Of a DNA stretch of 64,000 nt, positions 1 to 12,443 are shown in pieces. The stretch is from positions 88,474,001-88,538,000 of the forward strand of contig OY740788.1 of assembly GCA_963514005.1 (NCBI GenBank), in the 5' to 3' direction. Position numbers and translations under genes: made by a program. Position 1 is the stretch's first letter; each line of letters opens with the position of its first letter. The DNA is from Raja brachyura (Eukaryota). The notes beneath the pieces were generated by a model. The model had not been told where the DNA came from. It made no database searches and worked only from the letters and a program-made list of their open reading frames with translations.

Positions 1-908
1 GTCAATAGTGCAACTCCTCCAGTACATTTACCTCCCTCTACCACACCTGAAACATCAAAAACCTGGAACGTTAAGCTGCAAGTTATGTCCTGTTTGATAG
101 CTTTGATATCTGTAGATCCTACATACTGAATAGGTTCTATATCAGTTCTTAAACTAATTCATTATCTATTTCCAGGCTTACTAAAAATGTTCTCATCCGG
201 ATAACAATATTGATTAGTGCGGGTGTCAGAGGTTATGGGGGAGAAGGCAGGAGAATGGGGTTGGGAGGGAGAGATAGATCAGCCATGATTGAATGGTGGA
301 ATAGACTTGATGGGCCGAATGGCCTAATTCTGCTCCTATCACTAATGATCACTGATGATCTTATGATATGATATTCATTTAGTTTGAGGATTTTGCTAGA
401 TCTCCATGTGCGGGCAGTAGAGGGTCAGGAAGTGGTAATGGTGATTGGCATTTCAGTGGGAGAACATGTTTGGGACAGTGTTCACAACTCCATCAGATTG
501 TTAAGATAGTTCTGAATAAGGATACGTCTGGACTGGGGGAGAGCACATTACAACACTATTGGTCACCAGTTAGAGAGAGTAATTTGGGAGCAGCTGTTCT
601 TGGGTCAGTCCACATCTAATGTGGGAGTCATTTGAAGACCAAAGTTCAAGACTGGTATGAGTAGGAAGGAATTGCAGATGCTGGTTTAAAGTGAAGATAG
701 ACACAAAAAGCGGGAGTAACTCGGCGGGGCAGGCCACATCACTGGAGAGAAAGAATGGGTGACTCTTCGGGTCGAGACCCTTCCTCAGACTAGTTAGGGA
801 TAAGGGAAACTAGAGATATAGATGTTGATGTAGAGAGATAACGAACAATGAATGAAAGATATGCAAAAAATAATGATGATGAAGGAAACTGGCCATTATT
901 AGCTGTTT

Positions 909-1322
909 TCAGTCTTCCCGTGGATTTTGAAGCAACAGCAACAAAGAGAAGCAGGAGAAAGCACTGATTGGCTCTAGCCCAAGTGGGAGGAGAGTTCTCA
1001 GTGAGTCAGAGGGGGAGAGCAGTTAAAAAGGAGAGGCAAAGCACAGGCAGACTTCACTCAGTCTTCCCGTGGATTTTGAAGCAACAGCAACAAAGAGAAG
1101 CAGGAGAAAGCACTGATTGGCTCTAGCCCAAGTGGGAGGAGAGTTCTCAGTGAGTCAGAGGGGGAGAGCAGTTAAAAAGGAGAGGCAAAGCACAGGCAGA
1201 CTTCACTCAGTCTTCCCGTGGATTTTGAAGCAACAGCAACAAAGAGAAGCAGGAGAAAGCACTGATTGGCTCTAGCCCAAGTGGGAGGAGAGTTCTCAGT
1301 GAGTCAGAGGGGGAGAGCAGTT
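909..1322 (+). repeat. 149-bp tandem monomers (about 2.8 copies) at the 5' end of the CR1
   Basis: Unit tcagtcttcccgtgg...cagacttcac starts at 909, 1058 and 1207; copies are essentially identical. Confidence 0.95.
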
Positions 1323-1521
1323 CCTCAAAACTGAGGAATTTGGTTTGTAAATTAGGCAATTGAACAGTCAATATAAGCAAGGCAGCTCTTGGGGAGAGGC
1401 AGTGAGGGAGTGGTCTTGTGAGGGAAGTGCCCTGTGAGTAAAGTGTGAGTCTTTGGCTCGAGAGTCTTCGGCGAGGAGGCTGCGCAAAATACTGGATAGG
1501 GCGAGACCGAGGCAAAAGAAG

Positions 1522-2449
1522 ATGTCAAGCAAGCTGATGCAGTGTGATGCTTGCAGTATGTGGGAGGTCAAGGACACTGCTGGTGCCTCTGGATGCTACA
1601 AATGTGAGAAGTGCATCCAGGTACAGCTCCTGAAGGACCGTGTTGGGGAACTGGAGAAACAAGTGGATGACCTCAGGTTCATTCGAGAAACTGAGTCGTT
1701 TCTCGACAAGTCCTTCAGTGAGATTGTTACACCCAAGGCACTAGAAGAGAGAAGGTGGGTGACGGTGAGAAAGGGAGGAAAACATGGGATGCAAAGGTCC
1801 CCGGGTGTTGTACCTCTTGTGAACAGGTTCACCCACGTGGAAGCTGCCGGGACAGAAGACGGTATCCCACTGAGCGGCGGACTGGCTTGCCAAACAAAAA
1901 GGGCTGATGAGCCAAACCCACAGAGGCCAAAGTCGGGCAACGCCATTGTAGTTGGAGACTCCATTGTGAGAGGTACGGACAGGGGTTTTTGCGGCAACAT
2001 AAGGCGATTCCAGGATGGTGTGCTGCCTTCCTGGTGCCAGGATCCAGGATGTTACGGACAGAGTGCAGACAATCCTCAAGGGCGAAGGTGACCAGCCGGA
2101 AGTGGTCGTGCATGTTGGCACAAATGATGTTGGAAAGAAGGAGATGAATTTTTTGCAGCGGGACTTCAGAGAGCTCGGAAAAATGCTGAAAAGCAGGACT
2201 TCCAGGGTTGTTATCTCCGGTTTGCTTCCAGTTCCTCGTGCTGGCGAGAGCAGGAACAGGGAGATATGGGACCTGAATGTGTGGCTGAGGAACTGGTGCA
2301 GGGGGCAGGGATTTAGATTCTTAGATCACTGGGATTCTTTTTATAGTAAGGGGGAACTGTACAAAAGGGACGGATTGCATCTTAACAGGTGGGGGACCAG
2401 CATTCTGGCCGGCAGGTTTGCCACTGCTACACGGATGGTTTTAAACTGA
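1522..2449 (+). pseudogene. CR1 ORF1 (CxxC zinc-finger-like, coiled coil, SGNH/GDSL esterase) with one frameshift near 2003
   Basis: MQCDACSMW..CYKCEKC and VVGDSIVRG in ORF 1453-2091; it continues in another frame (2015-2449) with HVGTND and DGLHLN esterase blocks. Confidence 0.88.
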
Positions 2450-5400
2450 ATAAGGGGGGTGGGGTATCAAATGGGATAGTCGAGGACGGAGTTAGAGGGA
2501 AAGAGAGTAAAGCGATGGTTAATGACCCCAGAATTAACGGGGAAGAAAGCTCACAAAGGGATAGGAGAGTATGGCCAAGTGTAATAGGGATCGATGTGAA
2601 AGGGGCCACTTGTCAACATCATTGTATAAGGAGTAAGAGTGTTGTAAAAACAAGCCTGAAGGCTTTGTGTCTCAATGCGAGGAGCATTCGTAATAAGGTG
2701 GATGAGTTGAAGGTGCAGATAGCGATTAATGACTATGCTATAGTTGGAATCACGGAGACTTGGCTCCAGGATGACCAAGGTTGGGAGCTGAACATCCAGG
2801 GATATTCAATATTCAGGAGGGATAGACGAAAAGGAAAAGGAGGTGGGGTAGCGTTGCTGGTGAGAGAGGAGATTAATGCAATAGAAAGGAAGGACATTAG
2901 CGTGGAGGATGTGGAATCGATATGGGTAGAGCTGCGAAACTCTAAGGGGCAGAAAACGCTAGTGGGAACTGTGTACAGGCCACCTAACAGTAGTATTGGA
3001 GTTGGGGATGGCATCAAACAGGAAATTAGAAATGCGTGCAACAAGGGTAACACGGTTATAATGGGTGACTTCAATCTGCATGTAGATTGGGTGAATCAAA
3101 TTGGCAGGGGTGCTGAGGAAGAGGATTTCCTGGAATGTATGCGGGATAGTTTTCTCAACCAACATGTGGAGGAACCAACGAGAGAGCAGGCTATCCTAGA
3201 CTGGGTATTGAGTAATGAGGAAGGGTTAGTTAGCAGTCTTGTTGTGCATGGCCCCTTGGGCAAGAGTGACCATAATATGGTTGAGTTCTTCATTAGGATG
3301 GAGAGTGACAAAATTAAGTCAGAAACAAGGGTTCTGAACTTGAACAAAGGTAACTTTGAAGGTATGAGATGTGAATTGGCCAAGATAGACTGGCAGGTGA
3401 TTCTTAAAGGGTTGACAGTGGATGTGCAATGGAAGGTATTTAAAGACTGCATGGATGAAGTACAAAAGTTGTTCATACCAGTTTGGCAAAAGAATAAATC
3501 GGGGAAGGTGGTGCATCCATGGATAACAAGGGAAATCAGGGATAGTATAAAAACAAAAGATGAGGCATACAAATTTGCCAGAAAAAGCAGCCTACCGGAG
3601 GACTGGGAGAAATTCAGAATCCAGCAGAGGAGGACAAAGGGCTTAATTAGGAAAGGGAAAATAGATTATGAAAGGAAACTGGCAGGGAACATAAAAACTG
3701 ACTGCAAAAGTTTTTATAGATATGTAAAGAGAAAGAGACTAGTTAAAACAAATGTTGGTCCCTTGCAGTCAGAAACAGGTGAATTGATCATGGGGAACAA
3801 GGACATGGCAGACCAATTGAATAACTACTTTGGTTCTGTCTTCACTAAGGAAGACATAAATAATCTGCCGGAAATAGCAGTGGAACGGGGGTCAAATAAG
3901 ATGGAGGAACTGAGTGAAATCCAGGTTAGCCGGGAGGTGGTGTTGGGTAAATTGAACGGATTGAAGGCCGATACATCCCCAGGGCCAGATAGTCTGCATC
4001 CCAGAGTACTCAAGGAGGTAGCCACAGAAATAGTGGATGCATTAGTGATAATTTTTCAAAATTCCTTAGATTCTGGAGTAGTTCCTGAGGATTGGAGGGT
4101 AGCTAATGTAACCCCACTTTTTAAAAAAGGAGGGAGAGAGAAAGCGGGGAATTACAGACCAGTTAGTCTAACATCGGTAGTGGGGAAACTGCTAGAGTCA
4201 GTTATTAAAGATGGGATAGCAGCGCATTTGGAAAGTGGTGAAATCATTGGACAAAGTCAGCATGGATTTACGAAAGGTAAATCATGTCTGACAAATCTGA
4301 TAGAATTTTTCGAGGATGTAACTAGTAGAGTGGATAAGGGAGAACCAGTGGATGTGTTATATCTAGACTTTCAGAAGGCTTTCGACAAGGTCCCGCATAA
4401 GAGATTAGCATACAAACTTAAAGCACACGGTATTGGGGGTTCAGTATTGATGTGGATAGAGAACTGGCTAGCAGACAGGAGGCAAAGGGTAGGAGTAAAC
4501 GGGTCCTTTTCAGAATGGCAGGCAGTGACTAGTGGGGTGCCGCAAGGCTCAGTGCTGGGGCCCCAGCTATTTACAATATATATTAATGATTTGGACGAGG
4601 GAATTCAATGCAACATCTCCAGATTTGCAGATGATACCAAGCTGGGGGGTATAGTTAGGTGTGAGGAGGATGCTTGGAGGCTGCAGGGTGATTTGGATAG
4701 GCTGAGTGAATGGGCAGATGCATGGCAGATGCAGTACAATGTGGATAAATGTGAGGTTATCCACTTTGGTGGCAAAAACATGAGGGTAGACTATTATCTG
4801 AATGGTGGCAGATTAGGTAAGGGGGAGATGCAACGAGACCTGGGTGTCATGGTACACCAGTCATTGAAAGTAGGCATGCAGGTGCAGCAGGCAGTGAAGA
4901 AAGCAAATGGTATGTTAGCATTCATAGCGAAAGGATTTGAGTATAGGAGCAGGGAGGTTCTACTGCAGTTGTACAGGGTTTTGGTGAGGCCACACCTGGA
5001 GTACTGCGTACAGTTTTGGTCTCCAAATCTGAGGAAAGACATCCTTGCCATAGAGGGGGTACAGAGAAGATTCACCAGACTGATTCCTGGGATGTCAGGA
5101 CTTTCATATGAGGAAAGATTGGATAGACTCGGTTTGTACTCGATGGAATTTAGAAGATTGAGGGGGGATCTTATAGAAACCTACAAAATTCTTAAGGGGT
5201 TGGACAAGCTAGATGCTGGAAGATTGTTCCCGATGTTGGGGGAGTCCAGAACAAGGGGTCACAGTCTAAGGATAAGGGGGAATTCCTTTAGGACCGAAAT
5301 GAGGAAAACATTCTTTACACAGAGAGTGGTGAGTCTCTGGAATTCTCTGCCACAGAAGGTAGTTGAGGCCAGTTCATTGGCTATATTTAAGAGGGCGTTA

Positions 5401-5463
5401 GATGTGGCACTTGTGGCTAAAGGGATCAGGGGGTATGGAGAGAAGGCAGGTACGGGATACTGA
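2389..5463 (+). CDS. CR1 ORF2: apurinic endonuclease + reverse transcriptase (intact; exact start uncertain)
   Basis: 1024-aa ORF with LNARSI, ITETW, MGDFN and SDH (APE), and [27 protein letters not shown] and FADD (RT). Confidence 0.95.
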   Translation: MGDQHSGRQVCHCYTDGFKLNKGGGVSNGIVEDGVRGKESKAMVNDPRINGEESSQRDRRVWPSVIGIDVKGATCQHHCIRSKSVVKTSLKALCLNARSIRNKVDELKVQIAINDYAIVGITETWLQDDQGWELNIQGYSIFRRDRRKGKGGGVALLVREEINAIERKDISVEDVESIWVELRNSKGQKTLVGTVYRPPNSSIGVGDGIKQEIRNACNKGNTVIMGDFNLHVDWVNQIGRGAEEEDFLECMRDSFLNQHVEEPTREQAILDWVLSNEEGLVSSLVVHGPLGKSDHNMVEFFIRMESDKIKSETRVLNLNKGNFEGMRCELAKIDWQVILKGLTVDVQWKVFKDCMDEVQKLFIPVWQKNKSGKVVHPWITREIRDSIKTKDEAYKFARKSSLPEDWEKFRIQQRRTKGLIRKGKIDYERKLAGNIKTDCKSFYRYVKRKRLVKTNVGPLQSETGELIMGNKDMADQLNNYFGSVFTKEDINNLPEIAVERGSNKMEELSEIQVSREVVLGKLNGLKADTSPGPDSLHPRVLKEVATEIVDALVIIFQNSLDSGVVPEDWRVANVTPLFKKGGREKAGNYRPVSLTSVVGKLLESVIKDGIAAHLESGEIIGQSQHGFTKGKSCLTNLIEFFEDVTSRVDKGEPVDVLYLDFQKAFDKVPHKRLAYKLKAHGIGGSVLMWIENWLADRRQRVGVNGSFSEWQAVTSGVPQGSVLGPQLFTIYINDLDEGIQCNISRFADDTKLGGIVRCEEDAWRLQGDLDRLSEWADAWQMQYNVDKCEVIHFGGKNMRVDYYLNGGRLGKGEMQRDLGVMVHQSLKVGMQVQQAVKKANGMLAFIAKGFEYRSREVLLQLYRVLVRPHLEYCVQFWSPNLRKDILAIEGVQRRFTRLIPGMSGLSYEERLDRLGLYSMEFRRLRGDLIETYKILKGLDKLDAGRLFPMLGESRTRGHSLRIRGNSFRTEMRKTFFTQRVVSLWNSLPQKVVEASSLAIFKRALDVALVAKGIRGYGEKAGTGY

Positions 5464-6130
5464 GTTGGATGATCAGCCATGATCACATTGAATGGCGGTG
5501 CAGGCTCGAAGGGCCGAATGGCCTACTCCTGCACCTATTTTCTATGTTTCTATGTTTCTATGTTTGTTGGGTGAAAACGGGAAGCTGGTGCGACTTGGGT
5601 GGGGGAGGGATTGAGGGAGAAGGAATTCTGGTGTTACTTGAGACCAATATCTTCCATAAGGAGAAGGGAAAGAATGGGAAGCAGGCGGCAAAACTTTGTA
5701 AATTTGGCCAAAAAGGAAACGGAAGCATTTATAATATGTGGGGAGATGAAATCAGACAGGAACTTTAAGGAATATAAAGAAAGCAGGAAGGAACTAAAGC
5801 AGGGAAGTAGGATGACCAAAAGGGCCATGAAATGCCCCTGACAAGCAGAATTAACAACAATCCCAAGGCATTTAATACACACATTTAAACAAGTGGGTAA
5901 CTAGCGAGAAGATAGGATCACCCAATGCAAAATGAGGGATTTGATGCTTGGAGTCAGAGGATGCGGGTGAGGTACTAAAGGACTACTTAGCATCAGTATT
6001 CAACAAGGAGAAGGACATGTAGGAGAGCGAGATCAGTGGGGTTCAGCTCCTATGCCAGTACGTTTACAAATGACACAAAAATGTATGGGATTGTGGACAG
6101 TGAAGAAGGCTGCCAGAAGATCCGGCAGAT

Positions 6131-8022
6131 TATAACCACATAACCATATAACAATTACAGCACGGAAACAGGCTTTCTCGGCCCTTCCAGTCCGTGCCAA
6201 CCATTTATTTTCCCCTAGTCCCATCTACCTGCACTCAGACCATACCCCTCCATTCCCTTCCCATCCATATACCTATCCACTTTACTTTTAAATGTTAAAA
6301 TCGATCCTGCCTCCATAACTTCTGCAGGAAGATCATTCCACACAGCCACCACTCTCCGAATAAAGAAGTTCCCCCTCATGTTACCCCTAAACTTCTGTCC
6401 CTTAATTCTCATGTCATGCCCTCTTGTTTGAATCTTCCCTACTCTCAATGGGAAAAGCTTATCCACGTCAACTCTGTCTATCCCTTTCATCATTTTAAAG
6501 ACCTCAATCAAGTCCCCCCTTAACCTTCTGCGCTCCAAAGAATAAAGAGCTAACTCGTTCAACCTTTCTCTGTAACTTAGTTGCTGGAACCCAGGCAACA
6601 TTCTAGTAAATCTCCTCTGTACTCTCTCTATTTTGTTGACATCCTTCCTATAATTAGGCGACCAAAATTGTACACCATACTCCAGAATTGGTCTTACCAA
6701 TGCCTTGTACAATATTAACATTACTTCCCTACTCCTATATTCAATGCTCTGATTTATAAAGGCCAGCACACCAAAAGCTTTCTTTACCACCCTATCTACA
6801 TGCGATTCCACCTTCAGGGAACTATGCACAGTTATTCCTAGATCCCTCTGTTCCACAGCATTCCTCAATTCCCTACCATTTACCATGTACGTTCTATTTT
6901 GATTTGTCCTGCCAAGATGTAGCACCTCACACTTATCAGCATTAAACTCCATCTGCCATCTTTCAGCCCACTCTTCCAAATGGCCCAAATCCCTCTGTAG
7001 ACTTTGAAAATCTATTTCATTATCCACAACACCGCCTATCTTAGTATCATCTGCATACTTACTTATCCAATTTTCCACCTCATCATCCAGATCATTGATG
7101 TACATGACAAACAACAGTGGACCCAACACAGATCCCTGAGGCACCCCACTGGTCACCGGCTTCCAACCTGACAAACAGCCATCCACCATTACTCTCTGGC
7201 ATCTCCCATTCAGCCACTGTTGAATCCATCGTGCTACTCCACCATTAACACCCAAAGATTGAACCTTATTAACCAACCTTCCATGGGGAACCTTGTCAAA
7301 GGCCTTACTGAAATCCATATAGACAACATCCACTGCTTTGCCCTCATCAATTTCCCTAATAACCTCTTCAAAAAATTCAAGAAGGTTTGTCAAACATGAC
7401 CTTCCAGGCACAAATCCATGTTGACTGTTCTTGATCAGACCCTGTTTATCCAGATGCTTATATATATTATCTCTAAGTATCCTTTCCATTAATTTGCCCA
7501 CCACTGACGTCAAACTAACAGGTCTATAATTGCTAGGTTTATTCTTTGAACCCTTTTTAAACAATGGAACAACATGCGCAGTACGCCAATCCTCCGGCAC
7601 TATTCCCGTTTCTAATGACATTTGAAATATTTCTGTCATAGCCCCTGCTATTTCTACACTAACTTCCCTCAATGTCCTAGGGAATATCCTGTCAGGACCT
7701 GGAGACTTATCCACTTTTATATTTTTCAAAAGTGTCAGTACTTCCTCCTCTTTGAATCTCATAGTTTCCATAGCTACTCTACTTTTTTCCCTTACCTCAC
7801 AGAGTTCAATATCCTTCTCCTTGGTGAATACCGAAGAAAATAAATTGTTCAATATCTCCCCCATCTCTTTTGGCTCTGCAGATAGCTGTCCATTCTGGCT
7901 CTCTAATGGTCCAATTTTATCCCTCGCTATCCTTTTGCTATTAATATAGCTGTAGAAACCCTTTGGATTTACTTTCACCTTTCTTGCCAAAGCAACCTCA
8001 TATCTTCTTTTAGCTTTTCTTA
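6131..8022 (-). mobile_element. 5'-truncated CR1 LINE, different subfamily, RT half intact
   Basis: 591-aa ORF 6215-7990 with [18 protein letters not shown] and YADD; short repeat tail near 6131-6150. Confidence 0.93.
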
Positions 8023-8029
8023 GCTAATA

Positions 8030-8285
8030 CAGACATTAATTATACATACATTAACACTATCCAACACACATTGGGGACAATTTTATATTGATACCAAGCC
8101 AATTTACCTACAAACCTATATTTCTTTGGAGTGTGGGATGAAACCAAAGATCTTGGAGAAAACCGACCCGGTCACGGGGAGAACGTACAAATTCGGTTCA
8201 GACAGCGCCCGTGGTCAGGATCAAACCCGGGTCTTGGGTGCTGTAAGCTCTGTAAGGCACAACTCTACTGCTGCACCACCATGCC
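8030..8285 (-). mobile_element. tRNA-derived SINE (elasmobranch-type), degenerate
   Basis: Reverse complement of the SINE seen at 30420 and 55630 (tRNA-like head, ctccccgtgacc core). Confidence 0.65.
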
Positions 8286-8744
8286 ACTCTTAAACATTAG
8301 GTTTAAGGTGAGAAGAGGAAAATTTAAAGAAGATACAAAGCCGTTTTTTAACTATATTTAGGCACCAGGAATGTACTGTCAGTGGTGATTGCGGATATGA
8401 TAGTAGCATTTAAGAACCTTTTAGATAGGCAGGTAAATCTGCAGGAAATGGAGGGATGTGCCGGCAGGAGAGATTAGTTTAAGTAGGCGGCATGTTCAGC
8501 GCGGACATCATGGGGCGTAGGGCCTGATGTTAAGTAGGCGGCATGTTCAGCGCGGACATCATGGGGTGTAGGGCCTGATGTTGAACGCTGAAAGTTCTTG
8601 CTGTTACTCTGTTTTTCTTACAACTGCATCCTCCCTACAAATCTCCCCAAATGGAGCAGAATTGTACTGCAGATCTATCTTTAAGCCAATGGTCCACATC
8701 CAATACAAGAGCAATAGGGTTATAATGGTGGGGGATTAATACTT

Positions 8745-10008
8745 AGACAATAGATAATAGACAATAGGTGCAGGAGTAGGCCATTCAGCCCTTTGAGCCA
8801 GCACCGCCATTCAATGTGATCATGGCTGAACATCCCCAATCAGTACCCCGTTCCTGCCTTCTCCCCATATCCCCTGACTCCGCTATTTTTAAGAGCCCTA
8901 TCCAGCTCTCCCTTGAAAGCATCCAGAGAACCTCCCTCCACCACCCTCTGCAGCAAATAATTCCACACACTCACAACTCTCTGTGAGAAAAAGTGTTTCC
9001 TCATCTCCGTTCTAAATGGCTTACTCCTTATTCATAAACTGTGGCCCCTGGTTCTGGACTCCCTCAACATCGGGAACATGTTTCCTGCCTCTAGCGTGTC
9101 CAATCCCTTAACAATCTTATATGTTTCAATGAGATATCCTCTCATCCTTCTAAACTCCAGAGTGTACAATCCCAGCTGCTCCATTCTCTCAGCATACGAC
9201 AGTCCCGCCATCCCGGTAATTAACCTTGTAAACCTACGCTGCACTCCCTCAATAGCAAGAATGTCCTTCCTCAAATTAGGGGACCAAAACTGCACACACA
9301 ATTCCAGGTGTGGTCTCATTAGGGCCCTGTACAACTGAAAAGAACCTCTTTGCTCCTATATTCAACTCCTCTTGTTATAATGGCCAACATGCCATTCGCT
9401 ATCTTCACTGCCTGCTGTACCTGCATGCTTACTTTCATGGACTGATGAACAAGGACCTCCAGATCCCATTGTACTTCCCCTTTTCCCAACTTGACGCCAT
9501 TTAGATAGTAATCTGCCTTCCTGTTTTTGCTACCAAAGTGGATAACCTCACATTTATCCACATTAAACCTCATCTGCCATGCATCTGCCCACTCCCCCAA
9601 CCTGTCCAAGTCACCCTGCATTCTCATAGCATCCTCCTCAAATTCTCCCTGCCACCCAGCTTTGTGTCATCTGCAAATTTGCTAATGTTACTTTGAATAC
9701 CTTCATCCAAATCATTGATGTATATTGTAAATAGCTGTGGTCCCAGCACCGAGCCTTGCGGTACCCCACTAGTCACTGCCTGCCATTCTGAAAGGGACCC
9801 ATTAATTCCTACTCCTGTCTGCCAACCACTTCTCTATCCATGACAGCACTCTACCCCCAATACCATGTTCCCCAATTTTGCCCACTAATCCCCTATGTGA
9901 GACCTTATGAAATGCTTTCTGAAAGGCCAGGTACATTACATCCACTGGCTCTCCCTTGTCCATTTTCCTAGTTACATCTTCAAAAAATTCCAGAAGATTA
10001 GTCAAGCA
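8745..10008 (-). mobile_element. 5'-truncated, frameshifted CR1 LINE fragment
   Basis: ORFs 9802-10005, 9319-9627 and 9032-9334 match the C-terminal half of the CR1 ORF2; 3' tail near 8745-8770. Confidence 0.9.
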
Positions 10009-10649
10009 CGATACTTCTCCAATATTGACAGAGAGTGCATTAGTGTAAAGGGTTTAAATGGGGAAGCATTAGTAAAGTGCACCCGGGAAAGTTCAGCCAA
10101 TGTGTAGACAGTCCTATTAGCTGTACTGGACCTAATCTTGGGCAATAAGGCTGGGCTAATGGTAGCAGTGTCCCTGGAGCATGGAGACACAAGAGATGGC
10201 AGATACTGGAATGTGGAGCAATAAACAAAATGCAGGAGGAACTTGGCAGATCAGGCAACCACTGGTAAGGGAAATGGACAGTTGAAGTTTGGGGTCCAGA
10301 CATGTCCACATATGCTGCCTGACAGGCTGAGTTCTTCCAGGAATTTTTCTTTTTAGTAATGGTTCATTTTATTGGTGTTATTTTGCTTTAAGTTTCAAGA
10401 CTGTTATGGAAAGGGAGATAATTGATGCAGAGGACAAGGTCCTAAATTGGGGAAGCCCGATTTCAATAAGACACCACCTGGTGGAAGTAGGTTGGGAGAA
10501 TTTGGTTGTAGGTAGAGCAACATACAAATAGTGGGAGTCTTCTAATAGTGAGGTTTGTGCAGTTTCAGAGCTAACAATCCTGGAGAAGTGAAAAGTAAGG
10601 ATAGTAGGATCAGGGAACACAAAACGACCAGAGGCGTTGAGGATTTAGT

Positions 10650-10982
10650 TTAGTTTAGTTCAGTCATGTAGTGATCCAGCATGGAAACAGGCACATCGGA
10701 ACACGCAGCCCATGCCGACCATTGATTACCCGTTCACACCAGTTCTATGTTCTCCCACTTCTCATCCACTCCCTACACAATAGAGGCAATTTACAGAGGC
10801 CAACTAACCTACAAACTCGCACGTCTTTGGAATGTGGGAGGAAACCAGTGCACCCGGTGGAAACCCTTGTGGTCACACAGGGAGAACATGCAAACTCCAC
10901 ACAGACAGCACCTGAGATCAGGATTGAAGCCGTGTCTCTGGCTCTGTGAGGCAGCAGTCTTCATGCACCAACGTGGCACCCA
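10650..10982 (-). mobile_element. tRNA-derived SINE, degenerate
   Basis: Similar to the other SINE copies; (TTTAG)n tail at about 10644-10660. Confidence 0.6.
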
Positions 10983-11845
10983 CATTTGATGAAGTAAAGG
11001 GAAGCATTTGGCAGGCAATGACAAATGAAAACAGGAGAAACACTTGGGTATAAAGAGAGCAAAAGACTACTTTCAACATAAATTAGGAGAGGAAAGGGAC
11101 AAGAATAAATATCACTGACAGTCCGAATTAAGAAGAATCCCAAGGATTGAACAATTGTATTAGAGTAAGAGGGTAACCAGGGAAAGAGTAGGAGCCAAGG
11201 AAAGTGAGGCTGTTACAAAGAACAATGGGGACCCGGCATGGGGGGGACGGTCGTGAGGGACGGTGGGAGAACAGAGTGGGAACTGGTGTGTGGGGGCACT
11301 TTAGTTTTAGAATCCTCTTCTGCATTTGTTTGTTTGTTGTTTGTCCGTTCGTTCTGGTTAAGGCGCTGTGCACACGGCAGCCAGCCAACACTTTTAATTT
11401 CAAGTATTTGTGTACCTTGTGTGTTGTGACTGTTGGCAGACCAATTTCCCTCCGGGGATGAATAAAATGTTATCGTATCGTATCGTAAAAGTGCTGCCAG
11501 ATGCTGTGAAGTTTGGTATCTTCTGCCCGACAGGAGAGGGGACAAGTAGGAATGACAGGGGAGTGAATGGTCTTTCACGATGTTGGTTGCTTTCCCGAGG
11601 CAGTGTGGAGTGTAGGGTAGAGTAATTGCCAAACTAGGCTGTGATGTCATCAATAGGATGCTTTATGTGGTCCATGTGTACACATTGGTAAGAGGTGTTG
11701 GAAGCATGCTGAATTTCCTTAGTCTGCTGTATCTGACTCTGCAACAGAATCTTACATGTACTAAATGAATGTTACTAGAACTGCCAGCTTTGTTCCTGAT
11801 TTACTGCTCAGTTTAACACACTGTGTACAGTCAACACACACTTAC

Positions 11846-11909
11846 ATGGAGCAGGATTTAACCTTTGATATTCAGTGTTTGTACTTTAGAGCTGTTGCTT
11901 TTACCAAAG
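11846..11909 (+). CDS. Candidate leader exon of the VJ receptor gene (uncertain)
   Basis: ATG at 11846, 21 codons + G, then GT at 11910, giving the phase 1 that V exon 1 requires. The peptide MEQDLTFDIQCLYFRAVAFTK is only weakly hydrophobic and the donor (GTATTC) is weak. Alternative: an unspliced in-frame ATG at 12044 (MFVLIICSDLWLLLPTGLTA). Confidence 0.25.
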
Positions 11910-12092
11910 GTATTCTTTGTCATTTCAGTGCAGAGTGAAAGAGCGAAGCTCAGGAGAAAACTAAAGAGTTTACAAATTGAGGATACATGTGCAGAACATT
12001 CATAAATATCCAACAGCTTTCATGCTGCCTTTTGTTTACAATTATGTTTGTGCTCATCATCTGTTCTGATCTTTGGTTGTTATTACCCACAG

Positions 12093-12443
12093 GTCTAACG
12101 GCAAACACATTCCTGATCCAATCCCCAGGAGCTCTGGTGGTGCGTGAAGGTGAAACAGTGGAGATACGGTGTGTCCTGAACAGCACCAATGTGAATGACA
12201 CTGTGAACAAATTCCACGTTCACTGGTACAACTCACGTAATGGAGGAATCAAACTTAGTCTTTATGTGAGTGGCAAAACTTACAGGTCACCGGGCTTCTC
12301 CGAGCGATTTCAGCTTTCCAGGGACATCGCCAGTAACAGCTACTCACTGACCATCAGAGAGGTGAAGATTGCCGACTCTGCTGATTACATCTGTGGCCTT
12401 TGGGGGTATATATTTGGAAATGGAGCCCAGCTGAATGTAACCA
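12093..12443 (+). CDS. IgSF receptor exon V1: germline-joined VJ-type Ig V domain
   Basis: cacag| acceptor and |gtgagt donor, phase 1-1, 351 nt. LIQSP..VEIRC..VHWY..RFQLSRD..YSLTI..DSADYIC..FGNGAQLNVT gives canonical V-set Cys/Trp/Cys plus a J-like FGXG. Confidence 0.92.

Larger units (their letters stand above)
909..5560 (+). mobile_element. Apparently full-length CR1-clade LINE (5' monomer array, ORF1, ORF2, 3' TTTCTATG octamer tail)
   Basis: ORF1 has CxxC motifs and an SGNH esterase; ORF2 is APE+RT. (TTTCTATG)x3 tail at about 5538-5562. Flanked by tgttt at 904-908 and 5561-5565; it appears to interrupt another repeat that resumes after 5561. Confidence 0.93.

Noticed and set aside
176-210. 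Acceptor (tatttccag) followed by LTKNVLIR, faintly like the start of a V exon
   Set aside because: Too short, out of phase relative to the real V exons, and runs straight into a CR1 3' fragment.
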